This document shows, in pieces, positions 49,301 to 58,213 of a stretch of 64,000 nucleotides of DNA. The stretch is from contig CM120641.1 in NCBI GenBank assembly GCA_051362555.1, positions 29,642,401 to 29,706,400 of the forward strand, written 5' to 3'. Under the pieces are notes generated by a model. It saw only the letters and a program-made list of their open reading frames with translations, had not been told where the DNA came from and did not search any database. Position numbers and translations under genes: made by a program. The stretch's first letter is position 1. Every line of letters starts with the position of its first letter. The stretch is from Lingula anatina (taxonomy: Eukaryota; Animalia; Brachiopoda).

Positions 49301-52300
49301 TAATTGAATCTGAGGAAATGTGAAAAAACAGTATAACTTCTAAAATAATGGCCCGATTATGCTGATTTTCGAACTCAACCTGCATTTTAGTAAGATTGAC
49401 CACTCCTGTGAATAAAATGCCAATTGGCAAATCCGTTTTTCTTATATTGTGTTATCAGTGTTGCATTTATATTGAAAAGTGAAAAAACAGCATAAATTCC
49501 CTAAAAATGGCCCAATCATGCTGATTTTCGAACTTGACCTGCGTATGAAGAATTTTCATCAGTTCTATAAGTTTCAAGCCAAAAGGTAAAATGGTTTTCC
49601 ACTTACTGTGTTATCGGTGCTGCATATATGCTGAAAAAGTGAAAAAACAGCATAAATTCCCTAAAAATGGCCCAATCATGCCGATTTTCGAACTTGACCT
49701 GCATATTATGAATATTCATCAGTTCTATAAGTTTCAAGTCAAAAGGTACAATGGTTTTCCACTTATCGTGTTATCGGTGCTGCATATATGTTGAAAAAAG
49801 TGAAAAAACAGCATAAATTCCCTAAGAGTGAACCGATCATGCTGATTTTCGAACTTGACCTGCGTATTATGAATATTCATCAGTTCTGCAAGTTTCAAAT
49901 CAAAAGGCAAAATGGTTTTCCACTTATCGTGTTATCCGTAAAAGTGCACGGCGACGGCGACGACGGCGACGACAGCGACGACGGCGACGACAGACGCAGA
50001 TGATGGCTATATGTACAGACACATCTGTGTCTGTACATAAAAAAGACACATAACAAATTTTCATATCAAACTTTTAATTACACAAAAGCAAACCAAGGTG
50101 ACATTTGATTTATTATTTTTTTAAAACATTAAGTTACGCTGATTAACACCCACAAAGGCACATGAATCAAATTCTAGTTTCCAGCAAAAAATGTAAATAT
50201 ACCTTTTCATTCCACAACACAGTGAGTAAGTTCCTAGCACTTGTGCAACTGTGACAATATTTCCATCCCATCAAAAGCACCATTGGTTTCAGCACCTTTA
50301 ATTCTGGAGCAATAAACAACTGCTGGAGATTGTGGAACTGGCCAGTCTTAATCATCTGAAGAGCAGCTTCCTAAAATGATAAGAACATATGAATTATAAT
50401 ATTGTACGCTATGTTTGTCTCTTTTAAAATTGCACAATATTAGGTCTCCTTTTGAAAACAACAATCGCTTAGTACAAGTACATGAATGTTAAGATCACAA
50501 AACATGACAAATGACATGCTTTATAGGTAAGGAGTTTCGAGATGCAGCACCGATGTTACGGTCATATTTTACCAACAAACCAATTGGATCTCTTAACAAC
50601 AATAATGATATTTTTAAGAAATCTTTAAGACCCTTTTTTTAAGCAGACATGGGAAAACTATGAAGATACTGAAGATCCGGAGGACCCGCACTACAAGAAC
50701 TACTACAAGTACTCCCAACTCTGTGCTGGTACAAACTAAGTGTTATATTTTGGTAAGTCTATGTTTACTTGTGATTTACAAAACAATATATATAAAACAT
50801 TATTTAGAGAAGAAGGGTCTTGCAGCTCAAATACTTACCACTTCAAAATCAATGAAGTGCTTCTCCTGTTTTAAACATCTGAGATAAAGCTGCTGCCAAG
50901 CTAACTCTCGGTCTTTGCACACTGCTACCGCAAAGATATGTCTGTGCTCATCTTCAATCTGTTCAGGTTCACCTCTGCTTTCACAGCCATTGGAATGTTT
51001 CTCTGTAAAGCTATTTGACAGAACCTTATTTTCAATATCACAGTAAGTGTCAATGAGAAAAGGGTCATCCCGTCCAAGTAAGGATGAATAAATGGCATTT
51101 TTATTGAGTGGAAGATCCTTGGCATCAGCTTGCAAGACTAGCTTGGTCAGAAAGTCATTCAATCCAAGTCTTTTCATATCAGTGTTTGGGTTAAACAGGG
51201 CTAACAAGGAGTACAGTTTGTCTTCCAGCATAAGGTTCTCATGTTGTTGTTTTGTTCCTTGCAAACTATTCAGAATGTCTTCCATACATTTTATGTATAC
51301 TCTTTGAAGTTGCTCATTGTTCCAGTCATATCGTTTGTGTTTGAATGTCAGATGGCATATCATTGCACTGCCCAAAGCTGGTTCAGAGTACAGGACATCT
51401 TTGATATAATTGAGACTATCACTGCCAAATGGCAGCACAGGTTGGGCTGCCCGTGACTGTCTCTGTTCCCTTTGATAGGAATACAGCTCCTAGAAACAAA
51501 ACAAAGAGATGAATTGTTATATAATTTAAGTGCAGTCATTACATATTTAGTTGTAAAGTTGGCTCTTTTATTTTGTATTTGTAATGAGAAGGCAATAGAG
51601 GGAATACAGCGAAACAAAAAATGTATTTGTGAGAAGTGTGCAACTATACCCTCAGTATGTCTTTTGACACCCCTCCCCCAGCCTGTAGTAAGAGGAGCTG
51701 AAATTCCAAGTCTTCTTTAAGGTGAACAAAACCATCCTTAAAAGAAAACAATGCAAAAAAATTGTCAAATGAACGGACAGCTAAATGACAAAAGTAATGG
51801 AAGTATTGACCTGAAAGAAGTTTTAAAAAATGAAGCAGAAATTTAACCATATAAATGCACAAATTGGTTTGTGTCAATGTTGGCACATCATTACGTAGTG
51901 CTTAATTAACAACAACATAATCACCAATTAATGATAATGAACTTCTTCCTACTATTGTCCTTTATGCTTATTTTGATGGTGATATATTGATGATGATGAT
52001 GACAATGTTAAGAAACAGCTTTGTATAGACCAACTAGACTGACTCTTTTAGTATGGAATTAAACAAAATGTAATATCCATATAACAAACTTTGAGGATTC
52101 CTTCTATTGGGGAAAAAAATAAAACAAAAAAAAACAAAAACAAAAAAACGCAAATTAGAACTACCCCACTTCCTGTTCTTTTGGATTCCAATTCTGTTAG
52201 GCACAGCCATGATAGATGTTGTGGAGAGTTCACTGATTCTGATCTTAAGCTACAAAATAATAAAAAAAAAATGACAATGAGAAGTCGAGCTTTTCAAACT

Positions 52301-52643
52301 TGATAATCACTTACTGACCATTACTTAAATCACGAAAGCAGGGTACGGTATTGAAAGAAAGAGCCGCTGCAAGATATGTTAAATCATTCATATTAAAAAG
52401 TGTAAATTGCAAATCAAACCTTAAATTGTATGGGCGCTCCGCAACCTGTGCAACAAATTCATGTATATCTTTCCCCAAAACACAAGCATGTGCGTGGAGT
52501 TCCTGAATACACGCTCTTGCCAACTCCCATTGGCCAAGGTACACATTATTTGTGAAAAAGCGAAAAAGATGCTTGACGGAAATGCCTTTCTCAAATCCAA
52601 ACTGATGAATAGATTGCTCCTCAACGCTACCTGCAGAATCCAT
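20081..52643 (-). CDS. ZFYVE26: Zinc finger FYVE domain-containing protein 26 (spastizin/SPG15), about 44 coding exons
   Basis: The N-terminus FGFEKGISVKHLFRFFTNNVYLGQWELARACI resembles human spastizin FGKEEAASQKQLFGFF..LRRGEWELAQAC. Also LLEQLLMNMK|VDWA; FYVE WVAD..CMVC..RRHHCRRCGRVVC; LREDFYYE; RLRDKLIEDERLSLAMEISTKCGLD; QLQLFMK; C-terminal AYILCGKLKSAYLIAVK. ATG 52643, stop 20081-20083. Splice phases agree wherever checked. Confidence 0.95.
21624..21699. repeat. (AAT)n microsatellite
   Basis: Imperfect AAT run in a ZFYVE26 intron; produces the spurious poly-L/I ORF tail. Confidence 0.95.
22000..22289. mobile_element. Palindromic MITE (PIF/Harbinger-like, family B)
   Basis: Arms of about 110 bp: GGGGCCATTCAGAATA..GTACTAACTGATC..AAATATGGCC versus GGCCATATTT..GATCAGTTAGTAC..TATTGTGAATGGCCCC. 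Confidence 0.8.
24767..25102 (+). mobile_element. Kolobok-like MITE, copy 1 (336 bp)
   Basis: TIR AGGGATAATAACTCTTC / GAAGAGTTATTATCCCT with TTAA on both sides. Confidence 0.85.
28254..28908 (-). CDS. ZFYVE26: ZFYVE26 FYVE-finger exons (28694-28908 and 28254-28378)
   Basis: KWVADMAVSICMVCKIERFSM|FVRRHHCRRCGRVVCYACSARTTNINGTKARTCDDCF contains WxxD, R(R/K)HHCRxCG and RxC. Confidence 0.95.
28966..29222. mobile_element. Degenerate MITE, family A (related to 53229-53454, opposite orientation)
   Basis: Shares tagatcgatcta, cgctaaatt..cagcc, atagttaatt.cccctta and gtgaga(a)tcccc with the 53229 element. Confidence 0.65.
29269..29473. mobile_element. Degenerate palindromic MITE, family B
   Basis: aaatatgcccaacccacttgaaag versus ctttgaagtgggttggccatattt; resembles the arms at 53458 and 58641. 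Confidence 0.65.
31916..32961 (-). CDS. ZFYVE26: Large ZFYVE26 exon
   Basis: ORF 31901..32785 (LEYLKSSSSLVATLVSL...KLQELRVYQR|gtaagt). Confidence 0.85.
33522..34420 (+). mobile_element. Non-autonomous Helentron/HINE-like element, short copy
   Basis: Start caaggcagcaaagctgtcaaatgtacagaca; degenerate ~160-bp internal repeats; 3' gatggctatatgtacagacactatgtgtctgcacata hairpin. Confidence 0.7.
34463..39289 (-). CDS. ZFYVE26: ZFYVE26 exons encoding a DUF547-like segment (approx. 39060-39289, 38473-38621, 37947-38032, 37664-37764, 37235-37325, 34463-34651)
   Basis: Phase-consistent splicing gives ELKWVDLTLLDEKNERRCFFVNVLNLMYIL...FYVGQLGPVSLFDVHYVICHQG...DPRLIFVISEGCQSSPPLQVLTPDLVSNQLKAAMTDYF...VIIPQLLVWYRQNF. 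Confidence 0.7.
34661..34711. repeat. (AAG)n(AAC)n microsatellite forming the polypyrimidine tract of a ZFYVE26 acceptor
   Basis: Direct read. Confidence 0.95.
34920..37157 (+). mobile_element. Non-autonomous Helentron/HINE-like element, 3'-truncated copy of the 46993-50043 family
   Basis: Colinear and highly similar to 46993-48890; ends next to a (CA)n tract at about 37160-37198. Confidence 0.8.
35489..35672 (+). mobile_element. Small HINE-like element nested in the larger one
   Basis: ACTAG start, acctctgccaagg and the inverted ccttggcagaggt at the end; absent from the paralogous copy (empty site aacaaaaatataattctaatg near 47541-47561). Confidence 0.75.
39870..40047. mobile_element. 178-bp MITE with CAGG termini
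   Basis: CAGGTCCGTAGCAAG ... CTGGCTACGGGCCTG; internal direct repeats aaagaacccccc and aaaaggtccact; flanked by ACTTT on both sides. Confidence 0.85.
40988..41324 (+). mobile_element. Kolobok-like MITE, copy 2 (337 bp)
   Basis: Same TIRs and TTAA flanks as 24767-25102; interior highly similar. Confidence 0.85.
44373..45707 (-). CDS. ZFYVE26: Largest ZFYVE26 exon
   Basis: ORF 44335..45690 with PLTYRVEIIENLFSLLFV and RLDQYISEAQWRYQLV, which resemble spastizin; donor G|GTGAGG. Confidence 0.85.
46269..46342. repeat. (TA)n microsatellite
   Basis: Direct read. Confidence 0.95.
46993..50043 (+). mobile_element. Full-length ~3-kb non-autonomous Helentron/HINE-like element with internal ~160-bp tandem repeats
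   Basis: AACAAG start; subterminal tgtacagaca; four ~160-bp units (gtgaaaaaacag at 49320, 49479, 49639, 49800); (GACGGC/GAC)n at about 49947-49995; 14-bp hairpin TATGTACAGACACA-tc-TGTGTCTGTACATA (50010-50039) followed by an A-run. Confidence 0.8.
50527..50752 (+). pseudogene. Isolated antisense exon-like relic in a ZFYVE26 intron
   Basis: Acceptor ctttatag| and donor G|GTAAGT enclose 226 nt reading GKEFRDAAPMLRSYFTNKPIGSLNNNNDIFKKSLRPFF/KQTWENYEDTEDPEDPHYKNYYKYSQLCAGTN*VLYF, with one extra T and one stop. Confidence 0.35.
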
Positions 52644-52739
52644 ATTATCTGTTCAAGTGCATGATATCACAAATAAACCAACAAAAGAGGTAAACTTAAA
52701 GGAAACACTAAATGCTAGAAAACTCAGTTGGTTAACCAA

Positions 52740-52920
52740 CATGGGGGAGGCCATTTTGTTATGATCACATGATTTCTTCCGTACAAAGATCCAATCAAAA
52801 CGCTTATTACCTGTACGATTGACCAATCAACGCCGATCTCTAAATGCATTAGCGGTTGTTTTGAACAAGGAAAAAAAAGGCGAAGAGAACATTTTGTGTA
52901 TTAGTTGTTGATGTTCAGAG
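52740..52920. promoter_or_regulatory. Bidirectional ZFYVE26/NEK2 promoter and NEK2 non-coding first exon
   Basis: YY1-like GCCATTTT at 52750-52757; TCACATGA at 52765-52772; CCAAT at 52791 and 52823; CDE/CHR TAGCGG-ttgt-TTTGAA at 52850-52865; donor CAGAG|GTAAGA at 52921. Confidence 0.75.
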
Positions 52921-53228
52921 GTAAGAGTGTATTTGGGTATTAATGTAGATCTATGTAGTTGGTTTTCAAGATATTTGTTAAGATAAAATATGCTGTCATA
53001 CTACCATGATTATGGAACAGAATTTGTAGGTCTTGCAAGTTGCATGTACATGCTGCGCAGGTAAGCCTTAGCCACAATATAATGCTCACATAGTATTTGA
53101 GTAGATCTATGAAGTTATCTTTTAAAACCGGATCCAGATAAATACATTGCAGGGCCTCCCGCTGGCGCGACTGGTGTTAAAAAAGCAGCCTATTAAGGCG
53201 AAAAATGAGCTCTTAGAACTAGATCTAA

Positions 53229-53454
53229 CACCCCATTTCCATAGATTTTTAGATCGATCTATCCCTGTGGGGAGTCTCACTAGATTACTGTCTGCTTGGC
53301 CGGCTTAAGCGTCTATCCCGCCAACTAAAAGCTGTAAGGGGGTAATTAACTATGGTGCCCGCTCGGCTGACTGCAATTTAGCGTGAACCCCCAGGGAGTT
53401 AGGTCGATCTAAAACTTAATCCTTAGATCAATCTAAAGCTCTGGGAAAGCACCC
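53229..53454. mobile_element. MITE, family A (Harbinger-like; TAA on both flanks)
   Basis: ccccatttccatagatttttagatcgatcta versus tagatcaatctaaagctctgggaaagcaccc. Confidence 0.7.
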
Positions 53455-53632
53455 TAAGGCCCCATTCAAAATAGGGGACTAACTAGTTTGAAGATCAAAT
53501 ATGGCAACTCACTATAGTTAAATTGATTTATTTCTGTGACAATGCCGAATATATACAAATATAATACAATAATGTGAATATATAAGTAACGGCCCAGCCC
53601 TATGGGCTTACAGAGTCACCGGTTACCAAACA

Positions 53633-56600
53633 TTAGTTATATAGAAGCTTCTTTCTGACCTGAAAGCAGTTAAAGAGAAACCTCGCTGTGCTTCTATGAA
53701 AATCTGTAAAAAGCACTTGAGGTCTCTCCTTAACCACTTCCAGGTCATGAAAGATAAGATCACCCACTTTTACTTTTTCAAACCATTTTTTTCTTAAATC
53801 TTTATAAATTGGACAATCAAATAAAAAATGATACTCATCTTCTACTTTTTGTGTGTTACAAAGAAAACATAGTCTGTCATCTAATTTTCTGTTAACAAAG
53901 CGGCCCGTTTCTACATGTAATGGAAGAACCCCTGATCTAAACTGGGCCGTAATCGATCTTTCCGCAGCTTTTAAATTGTACTTAACATAATTTTCCACAG
54001 ATAAATTTTCTTTAAGTTTTCTGTAGACCCTTAACTTTGGTTTTTTTAATACTGCTTCTTTCCAGGCTCTCTCCTGCAATTTAAATAATATGTTCTTTAT
54101 AACGCCAACATCACAATAAACTAAATCATTAAACAAATGCTCCATTTCACAAACAGCTAAAACTCGAGAGACATGAGCACACCAATTAATGTTACCCTCT
54201 TTTGCCAAGTCATAATCTCTAATGAAAATTTGTTTTGTAATCCTATCGTCACTCATGCTCAAAAGTCTGTTCCACAATCTTATAAGGTGCAACCATCTTT
54301 TATATTTAGTATTCATCCAACCTATATCTCCTTCTATGGCCAGAAGAGGAGTAAATCTGTGCACCCCAAGAAATACCCTGGCGGCTCTAAACTGAATTTT
54401 ATCTAGCTGCTTATATTCATTATATCCCCAAACACCTGCTGCATATTCTAGAATGGGACTAACACAAGAATCAAAAAGCTTTGTGTACGTGGAATACCCC
54501 ATATATCCTTGATGTTTATACTTAGCTACTATGGAACCCAGTGCCCTACCTGCAGCATGAGACATCACATCTGCATTTGTACTATAATTAAGTGTCTCTA
54601 CTAAGGTAACTCCAAGATATTTATAAGACTTTTCATAATCAAGTGGCACTCCACCGCAATTAAACTGAAAGTTACTCCTTTCAACACCTGGTTTTCTAAA
54701 ATGTACGATTTTTGTTTTCTTTTGGTTAACAAATAAACTCCATTTATAAGACCACTCACTTAGCTTATCAAGCATAGCTTGCAAGTTTTCCTCCGTAGGA
54801 GCAATAAATACCACATCATCTGCATATAATAATATATCTACAACGTTTTTTCCTACTTCAACACCTTTCGAGATCCGTTTTATCTCTTGCGCTAAATCAT
54901 TAATATATAAGGCAAATAGGGTTGGTGATAGATTATCACCTTGTCTTACACCATATTCAGTATTGAACCAATTAGATTGCATGTCTCCTACCTTAACACA
55001 AGCTTCTGTAAATGCATATATGTTTCTAATAGCCCAGTATACTTTACCATCTATACCAGATCTCAATAATTTGTACATTAAATAATCTCTGTCGATGCAA
55101 TCAAATGCTTTATGAAAGTCTATGAAAGCACAAAAGGTTGATAATGCAACATTAAGTCTATTTCTTATGATAGAATCCAAGGCAAATATATGATCTTGAC
55201 AAGACCTATCCCTGCGAAAACCGTTCTGCTCATCTACTAGAACATTTCTGTTGTCAAAAAACTCAGTTAATCTATCGTTTAAAAGACTCGTGTACATTTT
55301 TGCTGAGCAACATAATAAACTAATTCCTCTATAATTCAGAGGAACCCTCTGATCCAATTTACTGTCCTTTGGAATAGGGCAAATAATTGCCTTCCGCCAT
55401 ACTGAGGGAATCTTTCCTGAATCCAAGCATAACTGAAATAATTTATGCATAACTTTAATAGCATTATCACATTTGTACACTTCGTTGGGCAGCATGTCTA
55501 CTCCAGGTGCTTTTCCTTTTTTCATTTTGGCTATTACACGAACTATTTCACTAATATCAATGTTTCTATTCAACATCCCATTACTTTCGTACAGAGGATC
55601 TATCATGTATTGCTCTTTCAGAATATTACTATTTTGTATGTCAGCCTTGTGTTTGTCTTTCCTAGGCTCATTATTCCCATAGTTATTGTACAGCATTTGG
55701 AAATCATCCCTCCATTTATTTATTACAGTGTTTTTATCAGTGGTAACGTTTCCATCAACATAAACTTCTAATGGGATGGTTTTGTTTTTACGAGGACCTA
55801 ACCTGTTCACTTGTTGCCAAAATTGCTTAGGGTCTCTAGCATGCAACTCTTCAATGTTGGTAGACCTCTCTAATCTGTCTTTTCTTTCGAAAAATCTAAA
55901 CTTTCTGTCGAACACATGTTGTGCCTCGCGAAACAATTTAAAAAGCCCTTGTCTCTCTTTTTTATTTTTGGCCCGTCGGACAGCTTTTTCACGTCTGTTC
56001 ATTTCTAGCCAAAAGTCGTGCAGCTCCTCGTTCCAAAATCGTTTTCTTGATTTACACTTTTTTCTCATTTTCTTTGATGCATCCAAGTAGGGTATATTTT
56101 TATTCATTTCATTTAAAACAACATCTGTAAAATCCCTGTATATACTGTCTATATCCTCTTGCTCTTCACGATTACACTGTATCCGTTCAATTATGTTTAA
56201 AATTGCTGTTCTGCACATATGAGATGCCATAAAATTCTCATTTATCTTATTGAAATTAAACCTTCTACCCTTACTTGGAGCACTGTTATTCTCTATTGAG
56301 CACTCTGATTCTTCTGTTAACTGAACATGTGTGTCTAGCACAAATGATAAAAATGCGTGATCAGGTACCTTTGATCTGCCGTTTAGCAATAAGTGTAAAT
56401 GATGACATTCTACTAAGTCACTACATGGAGATACGTGCATACTATGACATTTACTAAACATATCTTGAGCTACTATTATATAATCAACTACTGACAAACC
56501 CCGTCCTGTTCTACAAGTGAAGTCGTCTTTCTCTTTAGAAACTCTACCATTTAATACACAGAATTTTGATTCTATTAAGAAATCTATCATAGACACACCG

Positions 56601-57172
56601 TGCTGATTGACGGTTTCATCAACACAGGCTCTCTCTGGAAGGTTATCTATTCCCTCAATGCAGTCTTGTAAATTACCGATTCTGGAATTGAAATCACCAC
56701 AAACAACTACTGCATCCATATCAGCTGCGGTGTAAATTTGACTTAGCAAGTGTGAGAAAAAAGATTCTGCATCTCTACCCCACGGACTATTTTCCGGGGG
56801 TAAATAACATGAGAACACTAACATGGTGTACCCTGATATCATATGCTCAAATCTAACACCGATTATCCCTTCCACAGATTTATCATATACTGTTACATTG
56901 TATTCCGTTAACACATCATTTTTTATCAAAACACCAACCCCCCCTGATCCCTTAGGGGCTCTTACATGTAGAGATTGTCTATTTAAACCTAGCCACTTAT
57001 AACCGTCCATCTCTAATGATTTTTCTCCAATAAGATGAGTTTCACATATGCATACTATGTCACAGCCCGTAGCCTTAATTAAACATTTTCTCAATTCCTC
57101 GTTCCTTATAGTCCAACCACACACATTCAACTGCCCAATTTTAAGTGTGCTTCTTTGTAGCTGGGCCTCTTC
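53633..57172 (-). CDS. LINE ORF2: APE endonuclease, reverse transcriptase and C-terminal CCHC-type zinc knuckle
   Basis: APE: LKIGQLNVCG, CET, GGVG, YLPP, GDFN, VDYI, PDH. RT: KAPGVD, YRGISLL, EQNGFR, FIDFHKAFD, GVRQGDNLSPTLF, LLYADD, YKYLG. C-terminus: LHVETGR..LCFLC..EDEYHFLFDC. The frame is open back to the ORF1 stop. Confidence 0.96.
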   Translation of the reverse strand, partial: EEAQLQRSTLKIGQLNVCGWTIRNEELRKCLIKATGCDIVCICETHLIGEKSLEMDGYKWLGLNRQSLHVRAPKGSGGVGVLIKNDVLTEYNVTVYDKSVEGIIGVRFEHMISGYTMLVFSCYLPPENSPWGRDAESFFSHLLSQIYTAADMDAVVVCGDFNSRIGNLQDCIEGIDNLPERACVDETVNQHGVSMIDFLIESKFCVLNGRVSKEKDDFTCRTGRGLSVVDYIIVAQDMFSKCHSMHVSPCSDLVECHHLHLLLNGRSKVPDHAFLSFVLDTHVQLTEESECSIENNSAPSKGRRFNFNKINENFMASHMCRTAILNIIERIQCNREEQEDIDSIYRDFTDVVLNEMNKNIPYLDASKKMRKKCKSRKRFWNEELHDFWLEMNRREKAVRRAKNKKERQGLFKLFREAQHVFDRKFRFFERKDRLERSTNIEELHARDPKQFWQQVNRLGPRKNKTIPLEVYVDGNVTTDKNTVINKWRDDFQMLYNNYGNNEPRKDKHKADIQNSNILKEQYMIDPLYESNGMLNRNIDISEIVRVIAKMKKGKAPGVDMLPNEVYKCDNAIKVMHKLFQLCLDSGKIPSVWRKAIICPIPKDSKLDQRVPLNYRGISLLCCSAKMYTSLLNDRLTEFFDNRNVLVDEQNGFRRDRSCQDHIFALDSIIRNRLNVALSTFCAFIDFHKAFDCIDRDYLMYKLLRSGIDGKVYWAIRNIYAFTEACVKVGDMQSNWFNTEYGVRQGDNLSPTLFALYINDLAQEIKRISKGVEVGKNVVDILLYADDVVFIAPTEENLQAMLDKLSEWSYKWSLFVNQKKTKIVHFRKPGVERSNFQFNCGGVPLDYEKSYKYLGVTLVETLNYSTNADVMSHAAGRALGSIVAKYKHQGYMGYSTYTKLFDSCVSPILEYAAGVWGYNEYKQLDKIQFRAARVFLGVHRFTPLLAIEGDIGWMNTKYKRWLHLIRLWNRLLSMSDDRITKQIFIRDYDLAKEGNINWCAHVSRVLAVCEMEHLFNDLVYCDVGVIKNILFKLQERAWKEAVLKKPKLRVYRKLKENLSVENYVKYNLKAAERSITAQFRSGVLPLHVETGRFVNRKLDDRLCFLCNTQKVEDEYHFLFDCPIYKDLRKKWFEKVKVGDLIFHDLEVVKERPQVLFTDFHRSTARFLFNCFQVRKKLLYN

Positions 57173-58213
57173 CTAGCGTGCACTACCATTTGCTCTGCCA
57201 TGAATCGATCCACCGTGACTCAATCTACTCTGATGTTCAAGACTGCTTTCCACCAAGTTTGTATCTCTTTTTTCCAGCCGACCATTGCGCGTTAACCTGT
57301 AATCCCTTCCGTTAGGCATCATATTCAGAAGCGTCCTTGTGGTCTGCCTCCTACTCAATTCCTCTGGTGTTAAATAACTCCGAATATACACTTTTTCATA
57401 CCCGCTGCCTTTCTTCCCAAGCTTGACTTTTGCTTTAAGAATGTCAAGTTTTTCGGCATGAGTTTTCATCTGTACCTTTATTAGACCCGGTTTATTGCTG
57501 CTAGATTTCATTCTCATACATCTTATGGGGACCGTATCCCGTAGACCAAGGCCCTTACTAATCAGCTGCTCACATTTCCCTTGCAGATTTTCTCCCCATT
57601 CTTCTATCATACCACTAATCACACATGTCTTGTCTGGCGGGTATTCTGGTTCCCATATTCCTCCACTTGGTGTATCGGAGATGCCATTTGCCTCTAGTTT
57701 CTCAATTCTTTCTTGTATATCATCCAATGATTTTAACACCCCATCTATTCTGGCCGATTCTTTGTTGATATCTAGGGTCAACTCATCCCCAAGCGCTTTT
57801 ATTTTAGTGTTCATGTTCATCAGAACTTCTTCCTTAAACCTGTCTAATTTAGATTCGAACATTTTCTTTAGTGTATCTTGGTTTTTTCGAAGCTCTGTGA
57901 CAACTGTGATTACCTTGTCTAATTTATCCGAAAGTCCCGCTACCGCATCAGATTCTTTTTTCCCATCTTCTTTCGTCACCTGGTCTGCATTTTTCCCATT
58001 GTTTTCAAGTGTAAACACTGGTGACCTGTCACTTTTCAATACTGCCCCATCTTTTTCTTCATGGTGTAGCACTTTATTTGCTTCGTGTAGAATTTCACTT
58101 GTAGCTTTATTTTCGGGCGGGGTGTTTATCTGGCATCCTTTCTTCGCTTGATTTTCCGCACCCTCCATATCACATCCTCCACTTCCTCTGCTCTTTCTTT
58201 TGCCTTTCGTCAT
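57173..58213 (-). CDS. LINE ORF1 protein (coiled coil plus RRM/CTD-like nucleic-acid-binding region)
   Basis: 346 aa; heptad-rich middle; TCVISGMIE..KPGLIKVQM..ILKAKVKL..VYIRSYLTPEE is typical of L1/CR1-type ORF1 C-termini; directly 5' of ORF2. Confidence 0.88.
   Translation of the reverse strand: MTKGKRKSRGSGGCDMEGAENQAKKGCQINTPPENKATSEILHEANKVLHHEEKDGAVLKSDRSPVFTLENNGKNADQVTKEDGKKESDAVAGLSDKLDKVITVVTELRKNQDTLKKMFESKLDRFKEEVLMNMNTKIKALGDELTLDINKESARIDGVLKSLDDIQERIEKLEANGISDTPSGGIWEPEYPPDKTCVISGMIEEWGENLQGKCEQLISKGLGLRDTVPIRCMRMKSSSNKPGLIKVQMKTHAEKLDILKAKVKLGKKGSGYEKVYIRSYLTPEELSRRQTTRTLLNMMPNGRDYRLTRNGRLEKRDTNLVESSLEHQSRLSHGGSIHGRANGSAR

Noticed and set aside
49591-50003. Repetitive ORFs ending in a GDD-rich tail
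   Set aside because: Translations of the 160-bp repeats and the GAC microsatellite of the non-autonomous element; not a polymerase GDD motif
57495-58151. 218-aa plus-strand ORF antisense to LINE ORF1
   Set aside because: Non-ATG start and the S/F/L-rich composition expected from the reverse complement of a K/E-rich coiled coil
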